Shown here one piece after another: positions 8,713-16,886 of a stretch of 46,879 nt of DNA. How positions within the stretch are numbered: position 1 is the stretch's first letter; the number at the start of each line of letters is the position of its first letter. The stretch covers positions 1 through 46,879 of the forward strand of contig JBBDTI010000025.1 in the NCBI GenBank assembly GCA_040904565.1, read 5' to 3'. A program made the translations under genes and the position numbers. The stretch is from Rhodothermales bacterium. GTDB lineage: Bacteria; Bacteroidota; Rhodothermia; Rhodothermales; VXPQ01. Below the pieces are notes generated by a model. It saw only the letters and a list, made by a program, of their open reading frames with translations, had not been told where the DNA came from and did not search any database.

Positions 8713-9972
8713 ATGAGCGATAGTCCACACGTACGCCGGATCAAGAAAGGAGAAGACCTTTTCCTGGCCGGCGATCACGCCGCTGCCCTGGACGTTTTCG
8801 AGGCCGTACTTGATGAGGTGCCCGATCATGTCGGTGCGCTCAACGATGCAGCCCTCGCTGCGGCCGAGACGGGCGACGTGGTCAAAGCGGTGCGCTACTT
8901 TGAGCGCGTTCTGGAGCTCGACTCGAGTCAGGAAAACGCGTTCTATAATTTCATCGACCTTCTTGTTCAGGAAGATGCGGCCGATCTCGCCCGGGACGTC
9001 GTTCGGACATACCGATCGGACATACCGGCATCCAGCGAGCTCACGAAGTACGAATCTGCGCTCGGGGTGCTGCCTGATGGCGCGGCGCGCGGAACGGCGG
9101 TGACGGACGTATCCGTGAAGAGCAACCTCGAACCGTCGGGTGACAGGCGCCACGTTATCATCGTAGCGCAGCCGCGAAGCGGCACGACGATTCTGTGGAA
9201 AACGCTCCGTCAGGACCGGCGCCTGGTATGCTTCGACGAGCCGTTTCGACCGCATTTGCGACGATACGTGCTCCAGGAAAGCGACGATAAGAAACAGACG
9301 ATGGGAGAGTATCTCGCCCGCCCCGATCTGATAGAGTCACACTGGAGCACGCTCCAGCCGTTCGAGGAGTTCGATCCGAATCTTGTGGGGCACCAGCGCA
9401 CCTACCTTCAAACGCTTGCTGCGCAGGGTGAGCACGTATGTATGGACTTCGTACGGTGCAGCGCTCATATCGCCGCGCTTCGCCGAGCCGTCCCCGACGC
9501 CTTAATCGTGCATCTGGTCCGTGATCCCCGGGCGTGGGTGACCAGCCATCTCAGACCGTACGGGCGCTGGATGCCCGGGCTGCCCCAAGCTTTTTTCACG
9601 CACGAGGGGAGTTTTGATTTCTGGAGGCGGCAGCAGGCCGCTCAAGTTTTGGGCGCGAAGGGATATGCCCACGAGCAGCTCCTGCAGGTCTGGGATCGTC
9701 TGGTGGCGCTGGCCGAGACGGCTCGCCCGGATCTGACGATCCGCTTCGAGCATTTCGCACTACAACCCGATGACGTGTTGCAGGTGATCTACGAAAGGAT
9801 GAACCTCGACTACCCGTCTCTGGACACCTCGATCGTTCGTAAGCCGAATCCGCCGTTTGCGTTCGATGATGCCCGCTGGGAGCCGGCACTGGCACGATGC
9901 CTCAGTCCGGCTAACCACACGTTTCTGTTCGACTACGAGTCCTGTACGCCGGCGGGGTCGGTCGCAGCGTAG
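8713..9972 (+). CDS. TPR-domain sulfotransferase
   Basis: N-terminal TPR pair; PAPS 5'-binding loop QPRSGTTIL; 3'-phosphate-binding motif HLVRDPRAWVTS; IRFE motif. Confidence 0.85.
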   Translation: MSDSPHVRRIKKGEDLFLAGDHAAALDVFEAVLDEVPDHVGALNDAALAAAETGDVVKAVRYFERVLELDSSQENAFYNFIDLLVQEDAADLARDVVRTYRSDIPASSELTKYESALGVLPDGAARGTAVTDVSVKSNLEPSGDRRHVIIVAQPRSGTTILWKTLRQDRRLVCFDEPFRPHLRRYVLQESDDKKQTMGEYLARPDLIESHWSTLQPFEEFDPNLVGHQRTYLQTLAAQGEHVCMDFVRCSAHIAALRRAVPDALIVHLVRDPRAWVTSHLRPYGRWMPGLPQAFFTHEGSFDFWRRQQAAQVLGAKGYAHEQLLQVWDRLVALAETARPDLTIRFEHFALQPDDVLQVIYERMNLDYPSLDTSIVRKPNPPFAFDDARWEPALARCLSPANHTFLFDYESCTPAGSVAA

Positions 9973-9991
9973 CGGCGTTTAAGCCCCCATC

Positions 9992-10011
9992 CTCGCGGCG
10001 ATCGTCGCGAG
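9992..10011. terminator. Hairpin between convergent genes (possible terminator)
   Basis: CTCGCGGC-GATC-GTCGCGAG stem with one G-U pair, between stops at 9972 and 10022. No U-tract. Confidence 0.35.
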
Positions 10012-10021
10012 CCCACATCCT

Positions 10022-13000
10022 TCAGGCGGCATCGCGCCGCCGGCTCGCAAATCGATCCGCGATCGATTCCGCGGATGCACTAGCCGGTGAAGCCATGCTG
10101 CCGGACATACTTGTTATAGCGAGCTGTGACGCCGGCCGCGACGTCACCACGTTCTCCACGAGTGCATCGATTCGTTCGAGCTGTGTGGCGGCCGTCAGGT
10201 CGTTATCGGTCAGAAGGGACCGATAACGGTGCGGTTCATAGGGAGAATCGTCCAGCATACGGTCGAGAAATTCGTTGAGATTCCTGAAGATGAACTCCTC
10301 CGGCCAGATCTCGCGGCTCTCGCGCCACGCATGGATCACGGGCTTCAGCCCTGCAGCCATTCCGTTTCCGACCGCATAGTGGAAGGATTCTTCGAGCGAA
10401 AAGCTGAGAATATGTGATTTGTCAACGAGCCATGCATCCAGGTCGTCGATCCATTCCTCGACGATCGTGATGTGGGAATGGAGATCCAGCTCATCCATCA
10501 TCGTCTCGACGGCCATTTTGTAGCGTAAGTCCTGCCAGTCGCCCCGAATGAACAGCCGGTATGCCGGGTCCTCGCGCCGCAGTGCGTCGAAAAACTGCAG
10601 AAGCATCGGGAGGCCCTTTCGGTGATTGATGTGACCGAGAAGCAGGAGATTCTTGGTATTCGACTTGTCGGGAGGAATCGCGAATCGATCCACGGTCACG
10701 CCGTTTCGAATGACGACCTGATCGACATCCGCTGCCGGAACGAGACGGTTGAACAGGTCGCGCTTGTGCTCGGCGACGAAGACGAGTCGGTCGACGACGG
10801 ACCAGTTGATATCACGGATATACGGCGTAAACACTTCGAAGCCGTGCAGTCGGCAGATGACGGATCTCGACGAGAGGGCGTCGATCTCGTGGGTCACCTT
10901 CGCCGTAAGTGGACTCGCCCACTCCAGCCAGACGACGTCCGCTTCGTCTATGGCGCGGCGGGCCGTGGTCAGGTCCGTCGTCTTGAGATACGTGGCGCTG
11001 CACTTCGACCGCCAGTGCTCGACCACGTGATCGAGATGTCCGCCGGTGCTGATGCCGTCCTGCTCGAGAAACAGAATCCTGCTCGGCGTGCTGTGGTCGG
11101 GCGTGCTGTGGGCGGGCGTGATGCGAGACCCGGCCTCGTCGCGCTCCGGAGGTCGACTCGAACTCTGTGGGCGCTCGTAGCCGAAGAACCGGATCTGATC
11201 GCGGCATTCCCGCTCCAGTATGGCGTGTTGCTCGTCGGACCAATCTGAAGGCAGGGGGAATTCTCCCTGTTTCTGAGCATTCAATTTCTTGTTCAGGATG
11301 TCCGCGGCGGCGTCGCGATCGAATCCGTCGAGGCCGAGAACGTCGAACAGGTGCCGGGTTACGTCGGGATCCTCTACGAGGTCCTCGAAGCGGACGATGA
11401 CGTAGCGGTCGTCGGGGAGCCGGTCGATCTCTTCACGAATGCGACGATACGTCTCGTTCCACAGCCAGCACACCTTTTCGAACGGCGTGCGATCCGTCCA
11501 CCCTGCGGCTTCGGCGTGATCCGGCTCGGGGCGCAGTCGCCCGGCGTCCCACGCGTGCCCGCGGTAATACCCGCGCCGCATTCCGGAACGCACGAAGTCC
11601 CACGGATTTCGTACGAGGACGATGAATCGGGCTTCGGCGATATCCTGCCGTATGACGGAGGCGAAGGCGGTCATGTTATGATCCAGCTCGCCGAATACAA
11701 GGCTGTCCTTCCAGGCATCACGCAGGACGTGCCCGCGAGCATTCCAGAAGGTCTTTCGGGCGTCGATATCTTCGTGATAGGCGGCGAGTGTTTCTTCGAC
11801 GAGGTACGGACGAGGGTGGTGGTATACTCTGGCGTTCGCGGCGGTGCCGAGGAGCGCGGACAGCGTCTGGGTGCCGCAGCGCCCGGATGACAGGCAGAAA
11901 AAGGCCTCCCCGGTCGTATCTGAAAGATGGTACCGTCCATAACCGTTCGGCTTCTCCACATCCCGCCAGCGATCGAGATGCTGTGCTACCGAGGCGGCAA
12001 TCCGTTCGTCCAGGCCGGTTGCCAGGGGGGCCGGCAGGTCGTAGACGGCTGCAGACCCCTCCGCTTCATACCCTCCCTCTTCGATCATTGCCGACGTGGG
12101 TAGATAGGCTTTGAGACCGTTCGAATATCCCAGGATGGCCGACCAGTCCGGAAGGTCGGTGTGCCGGGACACGTATCGGGCGAGCTCCCCGACGACTTCA
12201 CCGGGGCACGTGATGAAACACGTGCCCTCGCCTAACGCGAGAAATTGAACCTCGATCGATAAATCCCTCGCCCGCTCGTCCTCCGGGATGGCGGCCTGCC
12301 GGCCCGCCCACTGCCTGTTCACCAGCGGAACGTCATCACTCTTTGCCATTGCCTCGAGCACCTCCGTTGACGGAGGCGGCTGGAAGTCGAGCCGGATCGT
12401 ATCGGTCCGGGCGAAGATGGGACCGTTTACGGACCGAATGCTTCGTCTGAGGGCGTCCGTAACGGCTCGTCCGAGACATCTTGCGTTCAGGTCGACGCCT
12501 TCCGGCGATGTGGTGAATGACGTTTCTCCGTTTTTTACACGGGTCTGCTTTGCGCTTCCGCCGGCGGCCTGCAAGAACATGACTGTATGTGCCACGTCCG
12601 CCTCGACAAGATGAGCCCGCAGGGAGCCGGGAAAATCCGCGGATATAACCTCCCGGTTTCCCAGCCCGGTTGGATGGCAGCCGTGGGCGACCACGGCGGT
12701 GGTCGATCCGTCGTGAAGATGATCGACGACGAGGATCGGCGTGTCTTCAGCATAGAATCCTTCATCGTTGATGCCGAACTGGATCCGGCCGTCCACTTCG
12801 ACGCGGCGATTGGAACCTATCCTCGCATCCGTGCCGGTTGCATAGATAAAGCACGGGCGGAGCCGCTCGAAGAGCTGCGGCAGCAGCTCGCGTATCGTAG
12901 CGGTGACCTTGTTGGTATACGATGCGTCGAAAGCACCGATGGCCGGCGTGACGTGCCGGCACGTGCCGGGGGCGTAATGGGTGTGCGATGCGTTCAGGAG

Positions 13001-13666
13001 AAGGGCCTCCGGAGGAATGCCCCATTCGCGCGCTGTGCGGCGAACGTGCGCGACCGTTGTGTCGTCGAAGCCGAAGAGATCCGCGCTTACGATAAGGCAC
13101 CGGGAGCCGCACTCGTCTTCGAGTAGAAGGAGCTGAAGGAGAAGGGGCGAATGAACGGCTCGAGCGGTTCGGGGCGGTCCTGTAAATCCCTGCAGGACGG
13201 GTCCATCTTCACCCGGCTGGGGCGTAATATTGACGGAGACCTGTGCGGCCCGGTAGGGGGTGGAAGCCTGCGTCAACCCGCCCAGTACGGCGGCACACCG
13301 CCGATCGTCGGGCGACACCCCGCCGGCGCGCGGTGAGTCGTCGCGCAGTGATTCGGCATGCGATGATTCGTCGCGCAGTGATTCGGCATACGCCTTCACG
13401 TAGTCGTGGATGGCAGGTTCTTTAACCAGCTCCGAGAGATTCTCGATAATGCCCTTGTTGGAAGGATCTAGACGCAGCGCGTGCAGATGAGCGTCGACGC
13501 CTTTCTGTATGTCCCCGGAGTGGAGTGCGGCGATACCGACGTTCGTCAGGACGGAGACGTCTCGTGGATGCTCGGCCAGCAGATCCTCGAAGAGCGTAAG
13601 CGCTTCATCAGGCCTGTCATCCCGGAGCAATTGTTCTCCACGTTGAAGGTGTTCGTGAACGTCCAT
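10022..13666 (-). CDS. Multidomain protein: TPR + neutral/alkaline ceramidase-like amidase + sulfotransferase + GT4 glycosyltransferase (1214 aa)
   Basis: TPR N-terminus; ceramidase-family motifs NASHTHYAPG, GCHPT, ISADFPG, PGE, GYSNG..YLPT..EGGYE; sulfotransferase motifs SGRCGTQTL and LVRNPWDFVRS; GT-B motifs RLHGFE, KG and SLEESFHYAVGNGMAAG. Start placed at MDVHE. Confidence 0.85.
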   Translation of the reverse strand: MDVHEHLQRGEQLLRDDRPDEALTLFEDLLAEHPRDVSVLTNVGIAALHSGDIQKGVDAHLHALRLDPSNKGIIENLSELVKEPAIHDYVKAYAESLRDESSHAESLRDDSPRAGGVSPDDRRCAAVLGGLTQASTPYRAAQVSVNITPQPGEDGPVLQGFTGPPRTARAVHSPLLLQLLLLEDECGSRCLIVSADLFGFDDTTVAHVRRTAREWGIPPEALLLNASHTHYAPGTCRHVTPAIGAFDASYTNKVTATIRELLPQLFERLRPCFIYATGTDARIGSNRRVEVDGRIQFGINDEGFYAEDTPILVVDHLHDGSTTAVVAHGCHPTGLGNREVISADFPGSLRAHLVEADVAHTVMFLQAAGGSAKQTRVKNGETSFTTSPEGVDLNARCLGRAVTDALRRSIRSVNGPIFARTDTIRLDFQPPPSTEVLEAMAKSDDVPLVNRQWAGRQAAIPEDERARDLSIEVQFLALGEGTCFITCPGEVVGELARYVSRHTDLPDWSAILGYSNGLKAYLPTSAMIEEGGYEAEGSAAVYDLPAPLATGLDERIAASVAQHLDRWRDVEKPNGYGRYHLSDTTGEAFFCLSSGRCGTQTLSALLGTAANARVYHHPRPYLVEETLAAYHEDIDARKTFWNARGHVLRDAWKDSLVFGELDHNMTAFASVIRQDIAEARFIVLVRNPWDFVRSGMRRGYYRGHAWDAGRLRPEPDHAEAAGWTDRTPFEKVCWLWNETYRRIREEIDRLPDDRYVIVRFEDLVEDPDVTRHLFDVLGLDGFDRDAAADILNKKLNAQKQGEFPLPSDWSDEQHAILERECRDQIRFFGYERPQSSSRPPERDEAGSRITPAHSTPDHSTPSRILFLEQDGISTGGHLDHVVEHWRSKCSATYLKTTDLTTARRAIDEADVVWLEWASPLTAKVTHEIDALSSRSVICRLHGFEVFTPYIRDINWSVVDRLVFVAEHKRDLFNRLVPAADVDQVVIRNGVTVDRFAIPPDKSNTKNLLLLGHINHRKGLPMLLQFFDALRREDPAYRLFIRGDWQDLRYKMAVETMMDELDLHSHITIVEEWIDDLDAWLVDKSHILSFSLEESFHYAVGNGMAAGLKPVIHAWRESREIWPEEFIFRNLNEFLDRMLDDSPYEPHRYRSLLTDNDLTAATQLERIDALVENVVTSRPASQLAITSMSGSMASPASASAESIADRFASRRRDAA
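13338..13389. repeat. 22-bp direct repeat (30-bp period) in a linker of the fusion gene
   Basis: TCGTCGCGCAGTGATTCGGCAT at 13338-13359 and 13368-13389; encodes AESLRD twice. Confidence 0.85.
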
Positions 13667-14003
13667 CGTCGATGCGATTGTAATTGGGAAGGCCTGGTGT
13701 GTCGTGTGACGGCACAAAAAACATTCCCTGGTGCGAGGTCGGGCCGCGCACGGTGCATCTCGCCATCGGGACGTGCCATCCGACGATCCGTCGAGCAGAG
13801 CTATCTGCGCTCGGCGAGCGTCGCCGCGCCAGGGAAAGGATGGGATCGCCGGATTGGGGCGCGACGACATCGCACGCGAACCGTCGCGCGCGTGGCGTGA
13901 GGCAAGAAAGTATTTCCGGGATGATGCAAGGACTGCCTATGGGACGAAGCCGTCAGCCCGCGTATCAGGCGGGTTCTTGAGAGAAGTTACCTCGGCCTTG
14001 TGT

Positions 14004-14019
14004 TGGTAGGCTATTTGCA
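14004..14019 (+). promoter_or_regulatory. Putative sigma-54 promoter of the sugar-modification operon
   Basis: TGGTAGG-CTAT-TTGCA with exact GG-N10-GC spacing, about 100 bp upstream of ATG 14118. Confidence 0.6.
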
Positions 14020-14117
14020 CCGTCGGCAAGAGAACGCGATCCGTGCCCGGAACCGCCTCGCGAGGCGTACCGCTCGATCGCACCATACGTTCGAGAGTGA
14101 CACCAAAGAGCCTACCC

Positions 14118-15089
14118 ATGGCTGATATTAAAGGAAGCCGCGTGCTCGTTATCGGAGGCGCCGGCTTTATCGGATCTCATATCGTCGATCGATTGCTACG
14201 TGAAGATGTGGGAGAGGTCGTCGTCTTCGACAATTTCTGCAGGGGTTCCAGAGAAAATCTCGCTCAAGCGCTGACGGACGACCGGGTTCGAATTTTTGAA
14301 GCGGGCGGCGACATCACCCGGCCCGACATCCTGCGAGCGGCGGCGGAGGGATGTGACTACGCCTTTCACCTCGCCGCGCTGTGGCTGCTTCAATGCCACG
14401 AATATCCGCGCGCGGCCTTCACCGTCAACGTCGAGGGGACGTTCAACGTCCTCGAGGCGTGCCGCGATGCCGGCATTAAGAAGCTCGTCTATTCTTCGTC
14501 CGCCTCCGTGTATGGGGATGCGCTCGAAACGCCCATGACTGAGGATCACCCGTACAACAATCGCACGTTTTACGGTGCGACCAAGATTGCCGGCGAACAT
14601 ATGTGCCGGGCGTTTAACGAACGATACGGGCTCGATTACGTCGGCCTTCGCTACATGAACGTGTACGGGCCGCGGCAGGATTATAAGGGGGCGTATGTGT
14701 CCGTCATTATGAAAATCCTGGATCGTATCGACGCCGGACTTCCCCCCATCGTCTATGGAGACGGTTCGCAGGCGTACGATTTTATCTATGTGGAGGAAGT
14801 GGCCCGCGCCAATCTGCTCGCCTTGCAGTCCGACGCGACGGACGAATGCTTTAACGTAGGGTGCGGCCGGAGCACGTCCATCAAGGCGCTCTGCGAGCTT
14901 CTCCTGGAGCTGACGGGCAGCACGCTGCCGATCCAGTACGAGCCGGCCGGACAAACCTTCGTGACGCGGCGCGTGGGGTCGACCGAAAAGGCGGAGAGGC
15001 TGCTGGACTTCAATTCAGAGGTAGAACTCGCTGACGGACTGCAGCGCCTCATTCGATGGCGGCGCGCCGATATAGCCCTCGCCGCCTGA
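14118..15089 (+). CDS. NAD-dependent NDP-sugar epimerase/dehydratase (extended SDR)
   Basis: GGAGFIGSH, SSSASVYG, YGATK and RYMNVYGPRQ motifs. Confidence 0.95.
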   Translation: MADIKGSRVLVIGGAGFIGSHIVDRLLREDVGEVVVFDNFCRGSRENLAQALTDDRVRIFEAGGDITRPDILRAAAEGCDYAFHLAALWLLQCHEYPRAAFTVNVEGTFNVLEACRDAGIKKLVYSSSASVYGDALETPMTEDHPYNNRTFYGATKIAGEHMCRAFNERYGLDYVGLRYMNVYGPRQDYKGAYVSVIMKILDRIDAGLPPIVYGDGSQAYDFIYVEEVARANLLALQSDATDECFNVGCGRSTSIKALCELLLELTGSTLPIQYEPAGQTFVTRRVGSTEKAERLLDFNSEVELADGLQRLIRWRRADIALAA

Positions 15090-15112
15090 ATCCAACCAAT
15101 CCACTTCTGACG

Positions 15113-16300
15113 ATGCAAAATATACCCATTACCAGAGTGCTTTTCGACGAGGCGGAAATAGAGGCCGTCCAGGAGCCCCTGCGCAGCGGCTGGATCGTGC
15201 AGGGGCCGTACGTGGCCGAGTTCGAACGTAAGTTCGCCGACTTCGCGGGGTCGAAGCACGCCATCGCAACTACATCTTGCACGACGGCGCTACATCTATC
15301 GCTGGCCGCGGCGGGAATCGGACCGGGCGACGAAGTGATCGTACCCGCGTTCACGTGGGTGGCGACGGCGAACGTCGTCGAGTACATGGGTGCGAAGCCG
15401 GTCTTTTGCGACATCGACCTCGAGACGTTCAATGTGGACGTCGACCTGCTGCCGGACCTGATTACGGATCGGACGCGGGCGATCATACCCGTGCACCTCT
15501 TCGGACTTCCGGCCGACATGTACGCGATACGGCGTCTGGCCAGGTGGCACGACCTCGTCGTCGTAGAAGACGCCGCCTGTGGATTTGGAGCCACGTATGA
15601 AGGCACCCACGTCGGCACGCTCAGTCATTTCGGCTGCTTCAGCTTCCATCCTCGAAAAGCGATCACGACGGGCGAAGGCGGGATGATTCTCACACAGCGC
15701 GACGACGCGGCCGAGCTGTGCCGGACGCTGCGGGATCACGGAGCCAGCAAAACCGACCTGTCGCGACACGCAGGAAGCGGCGGATTCCTGCTACCCGCCT
15801 ACGATCACCTCGGCTACAATTATCGCATGACGGACCTTCAGGGCGCGATAGGGTCCATGCAGATGGATAAGGCCGGCGAAATCCAATCCGCCCGCGTTCA
15901 CCGGGCCGAACGATACGACGACCTGCTCGAGTCCACGTCGTGGCTTCGGACGCCGACCGTTCCCGAAGGCAGCACGCACGCCTACCAGTCGTATGTCTGC
16001 CTTTTCCGACCCGAGCCGGTGTCCACGAAGAACGTCGACCGGCTGCATCAGCGCCGGAACGCGCTGATGGCCGAACTCGAATCGCGCGGCATCGCAACGC
16101 GGCAGGGGACCCACGCCGTCACGTCCCAGGGCTACTATCGACGGAAGTACGGCATCCATCCTGAAGCGTATCCCCAGGCTCTCCTCGCGGAGCGCCTCTC
16201 GCTGACGCTTCCGGTGTATCCGCAGATGACCGACGAAGAACAAGACTACGTGGTGGCCCAGCTTCACCAGGTGTTCGAGTCGTACCGGCGCGCGGCCTGA
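15113..16300 (+). CDS. DegT/DnrJ/EryC1/StrS family PLP-dependent sugar aminotransferase
   Basis: SCTTALHL, PVHLFG, VEDAAC, FSFHPRKAITTGEGG and GYNYRMTD motifs. Confidence 0.96.
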   Translation: MQNIPITRVLFDEAEIEAVQEPLRSGWIVQGPYVAEFERKFADFAGSKHAIATTSCTTALHLSLAAAGIGPGDEVIVPAFTWVATANVVEYMGAKPVFCDIDLETFNVDVDLLPDLITDRTRAIIPVHLFGLPADMYAIRRLARWHDLVVVEDAACGFGATYEGTHVGTLSHFGCFSFHPRKAITTGEGGMILTQRDDAAELCRTLRDHGASKTDLSRHAGSGGFLLPAYDHLGYNYRMTDLQGAIGSMQMDKAGEIQSARVHRAERYDDLLESTSWLRTPTVPEGSTHAYQSYVCLFRPEPVSTKNVDRLHQRRNALMAELESRGIATRQGTHAVTSQGYYRRKYGIHPEAYPQALLAERLSLTLPVYPQMTDEEQDYVVAQLHQVFESYRRAA

Positions 16301-16354
16301 CGGCAAGGACCCACTAATACCGTTATTGCAATCCAAGAACAACGAGAGACTATC

Positions 16355-16846
16355 ATGGAGACGTACGAGCAGCTACTGGATCAGGGTGAACGACTCGTGA
16401 GAAGCGGCGACCAGGTGGCCGGCGTTCGCAAATACGCGCGCGCGGCCGAACTCGACCCCAAGCGAAAGGAGGCTTTCACGAAGCTGGGGCTTGTCTATCG
16501 GGAGTACGGGGACGTCGATAGCGCGATGAACTTCTTTGCTCAGGCGGCGAGCCTCGACGAGAAGGACGCCTTCGTTCGATTCAATCTCGGTCTGATCCAG
16601 TACGGGGAAGGGATGCTGGATAGGGCGCGTGAGACGCTCGAGGAAGCCGTATCGATCGTGCAGACGGGCATTGCCGGTGCACGCGTCGAAGCGGAGGGGC
16701 TGCGGTCCGACAAGCAGGGCATCCTGCTCCACCAGTGTGACGAGTTGGAACAGACGGTCGTTGACGCGCAGGCGCTGCTCGCGCAGATCGCCACGGATCA
16801 GGCGGCGACGCCGGAGTCCGGGTTCGCGAGCGGTCAGGCGGGATAG
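16355..16846 (+). CDS. Standalone tetratricopeptide repeat protein
   Basis: TPR repeats (AAELDPKRKEAFTKLGLVY; AASLDEKDAFVRFNLGLIQY); paralog of 7988..8485. Confidence 0.85.
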   Translation: METYEQLLDQGERLVRSGDQVAGVRKYARAAELDPKRKEAFTKLGLVYREYGDVDSAMNFFAQAASLDEKDAFVRFNLGLIQYGEGMLDRARETLEEAVSIVQTGIAGARVEAEGLRSDKQGILLHQCDELEQTVVDAQALLAQIATDQAATPESGFASGQAG

Positions 16847-16886
16847 CCTGCACGGCTGAGGGTTAGCATAACCACGGGAGAACGCC

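Noticed and set aside
16853-16868. GG-N10-GC element before asnB
   Set aside because: It lacks TTG at -12 and would put the TSS within a few bases of the ATG. Likely chance.
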